64,000 nucleotides of DNA from Candidatus Gottesmanbacteria bacterium (GCA_023245415.1 JAHFKJ010000002.1:12286-76285); one strand, 5' to 3'; positions 1 to 9,142 are shown, numbered from the stretch's first letter. Notes: generated by a model from the letters alone, not told the origin. Program-made: numbers and translations.

Positions 1-470
1 GCAACGATATTATTTGCTATTCTCAAGCGATTTTCCCAATAATCTTTCTCACCTGCTAAACTTCCATATTTCTTAATAGCTTCTAATTGTTCAATTGCTC
101 TTACGGCTTCATTTAAAAAAGGCAATTTGGCAATTCCTACAGAGTTAACTTTAAATTCAACCTCTGTATCTGTATCTAATGCACTAACTAAACCATAGCT
201 ACCGCGTTGATGTGTAGACATTTCTTCTTGCCAGTTGGAATCAGGAATAATTGTTTCTGGTGTAAATGGTAAATCATAAGCCCGGAAATATATTTCCCGT
301 CCATTGGGATCATGGGCGAGACTTTGGACGTTTAGGTCAAATGTACCTTCTAACTCACCGTATCTGATAAGATTTTCTCGAGTGGGGGTATTACCTGTGA
401 TTAAACCAAAATATGCACCAGTTTTTTGCAGAATAATTGACTTAAGCTCTGCAATCTTAGTTTCTATCGG
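1..470 (-). CDS. hypothetical protein, 3' portion (upstream part and start codon uncertain; ORF runs off window start)
   Basis: My own reverse-strand translation gives a continuous frame (...ITGNTPTRENLIRYGELEGTFDLNVQSLAHDPNGREIYFRAYDLPFTPE...EKDYWENRLRIANNIV) that continues past position 1. No in-frame ATG follows the upstream stop, so it is not in the ORF track. Confidence 0.3.
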
Positions 471-480
471 AATTATTTAC

Positions 481-510
481 ACCCTAAGGGTGGAATAGCT
501 TTACACCTGG
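481..510 (-). repeat. REP-like palindromic unit (reverse orientation): ccaggtgtaaagctattccacccttagggt
   Basis: Reverse complement of the ggtgtaaagcYaatccacccTtagggtgt consensus also found at 1242, 45854, 50288 and 53258. Core ccacccttagggtgg is a perfect palindrome. Confidence 0.7.
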
Positions 511-554
511 TCTTGTGTCGATAAACTGTTCATGTTACATTATACATTGAATCC

Positions 555-1229
555 ATGACATCAACAAGACCGATAATATTCGCTAACCATGAAATCTACC
601 ATGTATATAACCGTGGTGTAGAAAAAAGGCCAATCTTCATTACTACTCGAGACTATCAACGGATGGTAGATACTTTTCACTATTATCAGTATATTAATAC
701 ATCACTTAGATTTTCGCACTATTTACTTCTTCCTAAATTAGATAGAGTCAATTATATGCAAGATATTATTAAAAAAGCAATTAAAGGTGTAGCAATTCTG
801 GCTTATTGTCTTATGCCGAATCACTTTCATTTTATGATTAAACAATTGCAGGAAGATGGCATATCACATTTTGTCGCCAATGTTACCAATAGTTATACTA
901 AATATTTTAATACCAAAAATAAAAGAGTAGGGCCATTGGTTCAAGGTGCGTTTAAAGCAGTCCGGGTGGAATCAGATGAGCAACTTATTCATTTGAGCCG
1001 TTATATCCACCTAAATCCAGTTAGTGCGTTTCTGATCAGATTGAATAAACTAGACACTTATCGTTGGTCGTCGTTTATGGAATATATGGGGCAGAATGAT
1101 TCGAAAATTTGTGATACTACTCAAGTCAGGAATCATTTTCTCACGATCGAACGATACAAACAATTTGTTTTCGATCAGGCGGCGTATACAATGACATCGG
1201 AGAAAATTAAGTTTATAAGTTTTGATTGA
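555..1229 (+). CDS. IS200/IS605-family Y1 (HUH) transposase, REP-associated tyrosine transposase (RAYT)-like
   Basis: Contains an LMPNHFHFM HUH motif and has the size and sequence pattern of Y1_Tnp (PF01797). It is flanked by inverted copies of the palindromic REP unit at 481-510 and 1242-1270. Confidence 0.65.
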   Translation: MTSTRPIIFANHEIYHVYNRGVEKRPIFITTRDYQRMVDTFHYYQYINTSLRFSHYLLLPKLDRVNYMQDIIKKAIKGVAILAYCLMPNHFHFMIKQLQEDGISHFVANVTNSYTKYFNTKNKRVGPLVQGAFKAVRVESDEQLIHLSRYIHLNPVSAFLIRLNKLDTYRWSSFMEYMGQNDSKICDTTQVRNHFLTIERYKQFVFDQAAYTMTSEKIKFISFD

Positions 1230-1241
1230 GAGTTAAGAATG

Positions 1242-1270
1242 GGTGTAAAGCCAATCCACCCTTAGGGTGT
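1242..1270 (+). repeat. REP-like palindromic unit ggtgtaaagccaatccacccttagggtgt
   Basis: Matches the dispersed 29-nt repeat consensus and sits directly 3' of the RAYT gene. Confidence 0.7.
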
Positions 1271-1276
1271 TAAGCT

Positions 1277-2590
1277 ATGACGCAAAAAGAAGCATTAGAA
1301 ATTCTTAAACTTGGGGTTAACGTTTTTTTGACCGGTGCGGCGGGTACAGGAAAAACCCACCTTTTAAACCAATATATTTCATTTTTACAGAAACATCGTG
1401 TTCCTATCGGTATTACGGCCTCAACTGGAATTGCAGCTACCCATATTGGTGGTGTCACCATCGATTCCTGGTCAGGGATGGGAATTCGCAATAATTTAAC
1501 CGATCTCGAAGTGAAAGATCTCGAACACAAGATGTATTTAAAACTTCGCTACCTAAGTACAAAAGTTTTAATTATCGATGAAGTGTCGATGTTGTCTGCT
1601 CAAAAATTAGATTTACTTGACCGGATTTGCCAAAGTATGCGTGGAAATAGCATTCCTTTTGGCGGTATGCAAATTGTTTTATGTGGAGATTTTTTCCAGT
1701 TGCCTCCTGTACAAAGGGACGGTGAAAAAGCGGATTTTATATTTAAGTCTTGGACCTGGCATAACTCGGATATAAAAATCTGTTATTTGTCAGAGCAGTT
1801 TCGTCAAAAAGACCTAGATTACATAAATTTATTAAACTCCCTCCGTAAAAATGCAGTAACCAATCATGAACTAAATTTACTGGCTAAATCTTTAAATCAA
1901 ATTTTGTCAACAAAAATTAATCCAACAAAACTTTATACCCACAATATAGATGTCGACGCGATAAATCTTGAAGAACTCCAAAAAATTAATTCACAACTCA
2001 TATCTTTTCAGATGACTAGTACTGGAATTCCAACGCTGGTTGACGCTTTAAAGAAAAACTGTCTGGTTCCCAATATTTTGGAACTAAAAAAAGGTGCACT
2101 CGTAATGTTTGTTAAAAATAACCGCCGTAAAGGATATGTAAATGGGACGCAAGGGAAAATTATTGGGTTTAAACATGAATTACCCGTCGTAGAAACTTTG
2201 GAAAGGGAAAAAATATTAGTGGAGCAGGAATCCTGGTCTATTGTTGAAAACAATAAAATAAAGGCCGAAATTCGGCAATTACCTCTAAGACTCGCATGGG
2301 CGATTACGGTGCATAAGAGTCAGGGTATGACGCTCGATTTAGCCGAAATTGACTTAAGTAAAGCGTTTGTAAAAGGTATGGGATATGTGGCGCTGTCTCG
2401 TCTTAAAAGCTTTCAGGGTCTGCGGCTTTTAGGAATCAATAATTTAGCATTACAGGTAAACCCAGAAATCGCGATTTTGGATGTAAGTTTTCAGAAGCTT
2501 TCGGAGCAAGAAACTCATAGACTGCTGGCGATGACGTGGTGGCAAAAGACCATGGAGAAACGCAAATTTTTATACAAACTGACTTCGTAA
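1277..2590 (+). CDS. ATP-dependent DNA helicase, PIF1/RecD (AAA_30) family
   Basis: Walker A GAAGTGKT and Walker B LIIDEVSM are present. A C-terminal HKSQGMTLD motif is typical of PIF1/RecD-like SF1 helicases. Confidence 0.7.
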   Translation: MTQKEALEILKLGVNVFLTGAAGTGKTHLLNQYISFLQKHRVPIGITASTGIAATHIGGVTIDSWSGMGIRNNLTDLEVKDLEHKMYLKLRYLSTKVLIIDEVSMLSAQKLDLLDRICQSMRGNSIPFGGMQIVLCGDFFQLPPVQRDGEKADFIFKSWTWHNSDIKICYLSEQFRQKDLDYINLLNSLRKNAVTNHELNLLAKSLNQILSTKINPTKLYTHNIDVDAINLEELQKINSQLISFQMTSTGIPTLVDALKKNCLVPNILELKKGALVMFVKNNRRKGYVNGTQGKIIGFKHELPVVETLEREKILVEQESWSIVENNKIKAEIRQLPLRLAWAITVHKSQGMTLDLAEIDLSKAFVKGMGYVALSRLKSFQGLRLLGINNLALQVNPEIAILDVSFQKLSEQETHRLLAMTWWQKTMEKRKFLYKLTS

Positions 2591-2625
2591 ATTTTATTAC
2601 CGATAACTGACGCTAGTCTTGCCAT

Positions 2626-3426
2626 TTACTGTCCTAAGCGGGTAATAGATTCAATTTTATCCCGCGTTTGATTAAATGCAATCAATGCTTCACTGGCCAA
2701 AGTTTGAGCAGATTTAAAATTTTTTGCTCTATTTATCAATTCTTTATGTTCCTGTGACTCACAAATGATTTTGCGGATTTCTTCTATTGTCCACTGGCTT
2801 TGGGCATAATAGTTTAAGCCGGATTGGTCTGGATCCCGACCTAAAATTATTTGGTATAGTTGAATAATTTGTTGGAGCCGGTCGTTGCTAGGTTGAGTTG
2901 TCGAGAGTGAGACAACTTTTGTCCGCCAGTTTTGCCAGGTATTTCCCGGACATTGAGTCGGACTTAGATTTTGATGGCCGACCACATCTTCCCAAGCCGA
3001 AATTCCGGGAATTTCCGGAGTCCGAAATAAAAGTTGAGCGCATAACTCATGAGTTGATATAATTTGTGAAAACGTGGGTTCGACGCCCGCAACAAATGAG
3101 CCGATCAAACAAATTCCAAGTGCCAGGTGATTCAAATTCAATACGTGTGCCCGTGCCGTAGTCAGATCGCCCACATAATAAGTATCGCCGTTTTTTGTAA
3201 TCACAAAATGATAACCGATACCGCCCCAGCCGCGGGAATTGACGTGATAGGTTGCGATATCATCCGGAGTTTGGTTGTCTGGTCCTGCTGAGTGATGGAT
3301 AGTAAGATAACGGATTTCTGTTAAGGGTCTGACCCAACTCCAGTTAAATGAATCACCCAAGATTTGCTGGCGGTAGTCGTTATATTGCGTCCCCAGAGCT
3401 GGAACTGAAAAGGTAAAGTTACCCAT
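2626..3426 (-). CDS. N-acetylmuramoyl-L-alanine amidase (Amidase_2/PGRP fold) with a C-terminal DUF4214-like tail
   Basis: Motifs HHSAGP...GYHFVI...ARAHV are typical of the Amidase_2 family. The gene is translationally coupled (ATGA overlap) to the upstream membrane-protein gene. Confidence 0.6.
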   Translation of the reverse strand: MGNFTFSVPALGTQYNDYRQQILGDSFNWSWVRPLTEIRYLTIHHSAGPDNQTPDDIATYHVNSRGWGGIGYHFVITKNGDTYYVGDLTTARAHVLNLNHLALGICLIGSFVAGVEPTFSQIISTHELCAQLLFRTPEIPGISAWEDVVGHQNLSPTQCPGNTWQNWRTKVVSLSTTQPSNDRLQQIIQLYQIILGRDPDQSGLNYYAQSQWTIEEIRKIICESQEHKELINRAKNFKSAQTLASEALIAFNQTRDKIESITRLGQ

Positions 3427-3429
3427 AAC

Positions 3430-3819
3430 TTATGTATTTTGATCCTGTTTAAAATAAAAGCCTACAATAAATCCAAACGGACCCGCTAATACACTTGCTA
3501 CCAGTGTCAGAAGCGTTTTGGTCGTTTCAATGGGATCAGTAAAAATTTGCGGAAATCCAATTTTAACAATTGTAGGTAAAACGAGCGCCACCATAACAAT
3601 CAGCAAAAAAATTTGTGTAAATGTCCAGGCGATTTTAGCCCGCGTTGCCTCCTGGGAGCTGGAGATCTTGCCCTTATATTCCTGAATTTGTTGATATTCA
3701 AAAGTTAAATCAGATTTAGCTACTGATTGTAAGAGTTCACCAGTTGATGTAGTCGATGGTTTTTCAGTTTCTTGGGTTATTATCGGATTTGGATCCAGCT
3801 CAAAATCATGTTCACTCAT
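3430..3819 (-). CDS. membrane protein with two C-terminal TM helices, holin-like by context
   Basis: Hydrophilic N-terminal half, then two hydrophobic helices (IFLLIVMVALVLPTIV, LLTLVASVLAGPFGFIVGFYF). It lies immediately upstream of the amidase. Confidence 0.35.
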   Translation of the reverse strand: MSEHDFELDPNPIITQETEKPSTTSTGELLQSVAKSDLTFEYQQIQEYKGKISSSQEATRAKIAWTFTQIFLLIVMVALVLPTIVKIGFPQIFTDPIETTKTLLTLVASVLAGPFGFIVGFYFKQDQNT

Positions 3820-3840
3820 GGAAAAAGAAGTGCGGGCGGA

Positions 3841-4047
3841 TTATTTGACATAGCGGTCAATTACCAGTTGAGTATCACTATCACCTTCTCTTAAGATAAT
3901 TTTTTTTCCCTGAACTTTTTTCAAAAGCACCATGGCCTGGGCGATCACTCTCACAGGAGTTGTTTGTAATTGTTGAGCCAGAGTCATCAGTTCCTGCAGC
4001 GGTTCGTCGGCAAATTTGATGCTTAAAGCATTTATTGTTTGGTTCAT
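3841..4047 (-). CDS. small hypothetical protein
   Basis: 68-aa ORF in the same orientation, 21 bp upstream of the membrane-protein gene. No recognisable motif. Confidence 0.3.
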   Translation of the reverse strand: MNQTINALSIKFADEPLQELMTLAQQLQTTPVRVIAQAMVLLKKVQGKKIILREGDSDTQLVIDRYVK

Positions 4048-4199
4048 GAATATATTATATCATAATATGACAATACATATTTAAATTTACACAGCATATA
4101 CTTTTGTAATTGTTTTATATATATATTATATGGCTAAAATTTCTTTTACTTCGATTATTATTTAAATCTTATTTTTTCTTTCAAGTTGTTCTTCAGTTT

Positions 4200-4630
4200 T
4201 TAGCGGCCGGGCCGACGGCAGTGCCCACATTTCAGTCGCTGGGGATTTATTGGAGTCCGACTGAGGGAGCGATTACGAATACGTATGTGATGCATTACCG
4301 ACAAGCCGGGACAACAACTTGAAAAGAAGCTCTGCCGTTGTGGTTTGACGGACGAGGAGTTGGGGGCAGACCGGCGGTAAACCGCTGGAATACCGAGTGA
4401 ATGCATATTTAACTATTTCCGGATCGCCAACGCCGACGCCTTTTTTTACTCCCGGAGATGTCAATAATGACGGTCGGGTTGACACGAATGATTTCAAACT
4501 TGTGCTTGCTAACTACGCATTAATTCCGACCAGTCATTTAGATCAGTATAAAGATTCACGCATAAATATCTTTGACAGCGTTGTTGTAATAAAGAATATG
4601 AATATTATTTCACCCTCTCCCAACTCATAA
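4200..4630 (+). pseudogene. GC-rich gene remnant with an fn3-like segment and a dockerin-like segment (frameshifted, in-frame stop)
   Basis: Local GC content is much higher than the flanking DNA. The frames read ...YWSPTEGAITNTYVMHYRQAGTTT*KEALPLWFDGRG... and then ...GDVNNDGRVDTNDFKLVLANYAL (dockerin Ca-binding loop). This resembles the dockerin of the large protein at 47006-50161. Confidence 0.4.
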
Positions 4631-4680
4631 TAACTGTTAGCATTTAATATTTTCTTGTTAAGACTTGGTCAATCTTTTCC

Positions 4681-4890
4681 TTAATTTTTCCCCCAATGAA
4701 TTTCGTCCCAAAGCCGTTCGTGAATAATGTACAAAATTGTACTGGCAACATTTGAAAATATTAGTACGCCAATTGTTAGATCATAGCGATGGGTAATTAA
4801 GTAAATAATGATTGAATCAGACAAGATAATTAAAAAACGAAATGTCAGCGCTTTTACGATAGAGCGATTAACATGTTCATGAAATTTCAT
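4681..4890 (-). CDS. small integral membrane protein
   Basis: 69-aa ORF with two hydrophobic helices. Confidence 0.3.
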   Translation of the reverse strand: MKFHEHVNRSIVKALTFRFLIILSDSIIIYLITHRYDLTIGVLIFSNVASTILYIIHERLWDEIHWGKN

Positions 4891-5043
4891 ATTTTTATGA
4901 ACTGGAATATATTAAATATACTATTTTCTGAAGAAGATGTAAAAAAGGATAAATGAGATGATTAGTATCTTGAGATTCACTTCTTCATTTATACAAATAT
5001 ATTTAACAAAAACTTTCAAAATATTTGATATAATTAGTTTGTT

Positions 5044-5574
5044 ATGGCTACACTTTTACAAATTGCCCAACTTGGACATCCCGTCATCCGCCAAAAAGCC
5101 AAACAAGTAGAACGCTTTGAAGACCCAAAAATTCAGACCTTGGTTGATGATTTGATCGCAACGGTGATGGATGTCAACGGCGTGGGCATTGCAGCTCCTC
5201 AGGTTTATGAGTCACTACGGTTATTTATCATGGCCTCACATCCCAACCCGCGCTATCCCAAAGCTCCAGATATGGAACCAACAGCGATTATTAACCCCAA
5301 AATTATTTCTCATTCCCGCTCAAAAGAAAAGGACTGGGAAGGCTGTTTAAGCATTCCCGGAATCAGAGCCCTCGTTCCTCGATATAAATGGGTCAAAGTC
5401 CAATATTGTGATAGACAGGGTAAAAAAGTGATTCAGACGTATACAGATTTTTTAGCCCGCATTTTTCAGCATGAATCAGATCACCTGGATGGAATAATAT
5501 TTTTAGACAGACTCGAAAATATGCAGGAAGTGATGACTGAAAAAGAATATCTAAAAGTAGTTGCAAAATTGTAG
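5044..5574 (+). CDS. def: peptide deformylase
   Basis: Carries the GVGIAAPQV, EGCLSIPG and HESDHLDG signature motifs. Confidence 0.85.
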   Translation: MATLLQIAQLGHPVIRQKAKQVERFEDPKIQTLVDDLIATVMDVNGVGIAAPQVYESLRLFIMASHPNPRYPKAPDMEPTAIINPKIISHSRSKEKDWEGCLSIPGIRALVPRYKWVKVQYCDRQGKKVIQTYTDFLARIFQHESDHLDGIIFLDRLENMQEVMTEKEYLKVVAKL

Positions 5575-5575
5575 T

Positions 5576-5596
5576 GGGTTGAACCCTTTTTATGTT
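5576..5596 (+). terminator. putative intrinsic terminator after def
   Basis: Hairpin gggttgaaccc followed by ttttta. Confidence 0.4.
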
Positions 5597-5868
5597 CGCT
5601 TAAAAAAGAGATAGTCAAATTTTTGCATTTTTGTTAGAATTAAACCCGCGTTCCAAAAATATTGAGCAAATTACGCAATAGCTTAATTTGCTGAGGAGAT
5701 AGATCTGTCGGCAGGGTAGTCAATCGCAACATTCTGCCACCACCGCAGCGGGGTGCCGCTTAGGACGGCATAACTACAAAATCAGAAGCTTATAGAAGAG
5801 AAAGACAAATCAAAAGCTATAAAGGTGGAAATGCTTTTAAAAAACTAATTAACACATGATTTCTGTGT

Positions 5869-5953
5869 GCTGAGGTGGCGGAGCAGTCAATCGCAACAGT
5901 CTGTAAAACTGTCGCCTTAACAGGCTACCTAGGTGCGAATCCTAGCCTCAGCA
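5869..5953 (+). tRNA. tRNA-Tyr (GTA), class II with long variable arm, unusual T-loop TGCGAAT
   Basis: The cloverleaf has:
- acceptor gctgagg/cctcagc
- 3-bp D-stem with an 11-nt D-loop
- anticodon arm acagt-CTGTAAA-actgt
- variable hairpin
- T-arm ctagg-tgcgaat-cctag
The acceptor stem extends into a longer 14-bp helix with the flanks. Confidence 0.5.
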
Positions 5954-6145
5954 CACAGAAATTAACAGTCTACTACTCTACTTTAGGATTTCTTGTTAAA
6001 GACGGGAAATTCTAGTTCCAACCAATCCCAATTTTTTTAATAGATGTGGAGTAATCAGGCAGAAATCATTAAGTTATTAATAAATTTATAATCAGCAGAT
6101 TTCTGCAAATTTTGGTATACTTTAGAATAATTAGGAGGTGAGATC

Positions 6146-6580
6146 ATGGGCGACGATCTAAGTCCTAAGGATTTTATGGAAGTCTCTGATCCTCAAAGTC
6201 ACGCAAGAAAGTACCAGGAAAAAAAGCGAAAACTTCTCGACGCTATAGGAGTTGAAAGCCCTGAAGCACGTTCTAGCGTATCCTTTGTATATAAACAAAC
6301 AGAGCTGATGAATACTCATGTTTTTGACAGTCCAGAGGACAAAACAGCAGCAGCAGCAGCAGAGAAATCTTTAAACGAACTATTGAATTTATATAATATC
6401 GGGAATGATCCGTTTATTAATAAACTTTCGGATTCAGGAAGACTTGCTACTTTTTTTGACCAGATGTTAGGGATTAGTCTTTACTTTACTACTCAAAATA
6501 GCTTGAATGGTAAAACGTATCCGACAGACTTTAGGAAATTTATGACGTGGAGAGACGCTAAGATGGAGTTTGAGGAATGA
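6146..6580 (+). CDS. hypothetical protein
   Basis: Strong RBS aggaggtgagatcATG. No recognisable domain. Contains a poly-Ala stretch. Confidence 0.5.
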   Translation: MGDDLSPKDFMEVSDPQSHARKYQEKKRKLLDAIGVESPEARSSVSFVYKQTELMNTHVFDSPEDKTAAAAAEKSLNELLNLYNIGNDPFINKLSDSGRLATFFDQMLGISLYFTTQNSLNGKTYPTDFRKFMTWRDAKMEFEE

Positions 6581-6756
6581 AATTTAAATCCCGCTAATAA
6601 TGAACATAAAATTATGATCTCGAAAAAAAATCCTTAGTCCGATTGATCCGGATAAGAACAAATTTAGCCTCAAAAGATTTGTTTCGAGTTCATAGGTAGA
6701 ATCCCGCTGGTAAAAATTAGTTCAAATTGTTAGAATACTAATCATAAAAATAATTT

Positions 6757-7380
6757 ATGAAAAAATATTTTTTCATTGGAGCTGTCGCAGTATTAACATT
6801 ATTATTATTTTATTTTGTCGGAACCAAGCCGGCAGTTGAAGATGTGAAACCACCGGAAGTATCTAAATGTAACGAATCACCTGCGATAATTACCCATGTC
6901 GCTACACTTACTACAAGTAAGGGAGACATGAATGTGGAGTTGTTTGGAAAAGAAACACCGAAGACGGTTGAGAATTTTGTAAAACTTGCCGGTCAAAACT
7001 TTTATACTAACCTGAAATTTCATCGGGTGATCAAAGACTTCATGGTACAGACTGGGGATCCCAAAGGTGATGGAACCGGAGACCCAGGTTACAAATTTGC
7101 CGATGAACCTAGTGATCGCTGCTACAAACGGGGTACGATTGCCATGGCAAATAGCGGACCCGACACGAATGGCAGCCAATTTTTTATAATTCACAAGGAT
7201 TACGACTTGCCGAAAATCTACACGATATTCGGCAGTATAAACGCTTCAGATGCAGCGAGTTTAAAAACATTAGACTCTATTGCCGAAACACCCGTTGCCA
7301 CAAGTTCATCCGGCGAAATGTCTGTTCCAAAAGAGGACATCCTTCTAAGGACGGTAAAAGCAGCTGAGAAAAAATTGTAA
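6757..7380 (+). CDS. ppiB: peptidyl-prolyl cis-trans isomerase, cyclophilin type, with N-terminal membrane anchor
   Basis: Cyclophilin motifs FHRVIKDFMVQTGDP and MANSGPDTNGSQFFI, with an N-terminal TM/signal segment. Confidence 0.8.
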   Translation: MKKYFFIGAVAVLTLLLFYFVGTKPAVEDVKPPEVSKCNESPAIITHVATLTTSKGDMNVELFGKETPKTVENFVKLAGQNFYTNLKFHRVIKDFMVQTGDPKGDGTGDPGYKFADEPSDRCYKRGTIAMANSGPDTNGSQFFIIHKDYDLPKIYTIFGSINASDAASLKTLDSIAETPVATSSSGEMSVPKEDILLRTVKAAEKKL

Positions 7381-7391
7381 ATTGACCAGTT

Positions 7392-8456
7392 TTACCTGCT
7401 GATTCGTTTCATCAATACCAGAAGTGGAACTAATAATGCCAGAAGAGATGCGGGTATACAAAATTCCTGACCGGGAGGGACAGTAGAATTTAGCTCTGGT
7501 GTAGGAGTTGCCATCGATATGCGCGGTTTTACCCATTCATTATAAAACTGATCCATTTCATCTTCGGTCAGAGACCATTTTGCCTGTAGCCTATTTTTGT
7601 CAGTATGATTGATACCTTTCGTTTCATGGATATATACACTACTGACGCCAAGATTAAATGCTGTTGTTACGATTTCCTCAAGGATTTCCAATCTTGAACG
7701 AAATGGGTCTGTGCCTGGATACTGAGGATTGACACCAGTTTCAGTTACAATTAGCTCAGGGTTTGTGATGCCGATTGATTGGAGTGTATTTCGCAACCGG
7801 TTTATGTTAGTGCTTATCTCCTGAGAATTCTGATAACCATGTACGGCATACGCAAATTGAGTTGGCTCAAGACCCAAATTTTTCATAGCAGTTATGAGTA
7901 TTGGAAGATTGTTTTCGATGTCTTTTAGTGCACCAATCACCAACTTTACATTTGAGTTTTCTCTAGCAACTGTATCGTAGACATACTTAATCAGTGTTGC
8001 CGCCAAGAACATATCTTTTTTTTCCCAGCGGATTTGGGGATCATCCGGCTCATTCAGGATTTCAACTGCGCCATTATGGAGAAAAGGCAGGATAGATTTT
8101 AATCCACTGTTAACAATTCCTTCATCAGGTAGACTAAAAGGCGCATATACGACCAAAGGATTTAAGCCGTACTGGGAAGCTGTCTCAATTGTTCTGAAAA
8201 AATCAGATTCAGGATTTAATAATTCTTCATATTTTCCAGCTATTCGTACATTTGCAGCTCCGATTCTAGCGCAATAAATCAACTCCTCCGGTTTGTCCGC
8301 CCGCCCTCCTAAATACGGATATTTTTTCCGTTGGTATTCCTTTGACACAGGTACTTCTGTTACTATTGTATGGGGACTACAGTCTGCTAATGCAAGTGCG
8401 CCTGCACCAAGCCCAACGAGGGAGAAACGCAAAAATTCCCGGCGAGAGGTGGTCAT
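7392..8456 (-). CDS. Tat-signal secreted/anchored TIM-barrel glycoside-hydrolase-like protein
   Basis: N-terminal twin-arginine motif SRREFLRFSLVGLGAGALA. The IVTETG motif resembles the catalytic nucleophile region of clan GH-A hydrolases. C-terminal hydrophobic tail. Confidence 0.35.
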   Translation of the reverse strand: MTTSRREFLRFSLVGLGAGALALADCSPHTIVTEVPVSKEYQRKKYPYLGGRADKPEELIYCARIGAANVRIAGKYEELLNPESDFFRTIETASQYGLNPLVVYAPFSLPDEGIVNSGLKSILPFLHNGAVEILNEPDDPQIRWEKKDMFLAATLIKYVYDTVARENSNVKLVIGALKDIENNLPILITAMKNLGLEPTQFAYAVHGYQNSQEISTNINRLRNTLQSIGITNPELIVTETGVNPQYPGTDPFRSRLEILEEIVTTAFNLGVSSVYIHETKGINHTDKNRLQAKWSLTEDEMDQFYNEWVKPRISMATPTPELNSTVPPGQEFCIPASLLALLVPLLVLMKRISR

Positions 8457-8527
8457 ATGCCCTATAGTATAAAGAATGAATATAGGAGATGCAACTTAAT
8501 ACTGGAATTTTAAAAAAGCTTTTGCCC

Positions 8528-9142
8528 TTACAAAGATGTAATCACTGGTATGCCACCAAAGTCAACTTTGCGAACTTCTTTATATTTTTTATTTCTTGTA
8601 AGCGCCGGTTTTCCTTTGTACTTCACGACATAATAGGCAAAGCCCTGCATTTTTTGCACCATATTGTAGTCTGCGTGTCCGGGTAAGCTGGATGCGTCTT
8701 TTTCCGCAAAATTTACCGGACTGTCATCAGCAGTGACGAAGTACGTGTCGCCAACATTAGCAACCAGGTGTCCATATCCTGATGGCATATATAGGCTGTC
8801 GCCGGGTGACATCCGAACAGCTTTAAACTCTGCAACTATTTCAGTGATCATTTTTCCGTTTGAGTCAACGGCTAATTTTTGCTGTAGAGCTACACCTTCA
8901 CCAAATAATATCCAGTAGGTTTCATCCAAATCACCGACGTGGTAATGCCCGTAGGTTTTTATATATTCCTGGCCGACAAGCCCCGGTTCCCAGACTGTAA
9001 TATTCTTCTGCTCGACGCCGCCTCTGATCATATAATAATGAATTGCAGGCCCGGTTGCCGTCGGGTCCATAAGTACTTCTTTCATTTTGTCATGGTCTCT
9101 GGATGCAAAGTGTTTGGGTACAAAAGAAAAATTGATTTTCAT
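8528..9142 (-). CDS. cupin-type glucose-6-phosphate isomerase (cPGI, archaeal type)
   Basis: Matches the cPGI signatures TxGHxHx(5)ExY (TYGHYHVGDLDETY) and PxxxxHxxxN (PSGYGHLVAN). About 200 aa. Confidence 0.55.
   Translation of the reverse strand: MKINFSFVPKHFASRDHDKMKEVLMDPTATGPAIHYYMIRGGVEQKNITVWEPGLVGQEYIKTYGHYHVGDLDETYWILFGEGVALQQKLAVDSNGKMITEIVAEFKAVRMSPGDSLYMPSGYGHLVANVGDTYFVTADDSPVNFAEKDASSLPGHADYNMVQKMQGFAYYVVKYKGKPALTRNKKYKEVRKVDFGGIPVITSL

Noticed and set aside
304-498. Plus-strand 64-aa ORF 304..498
   Set aside because: It runs through the REP hairpin and antisense to a longer minus-strand coding frame. It has no RBS or motif.
1270-1530. Minus-strand 86-aa ORF antisense to the helicase
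   Set aside because: It is fully embedded antisense in a well-supported helicase gene.
4200-4330. Possible TGA-as-sense recoding (SR1/Gracilibacteria-type code)
   Set aside because: Housekeeping genes across the window are full length under code 11 with no need for TGA readthrough. The single in-frame TGA lies in a compositionally foreign remnant.
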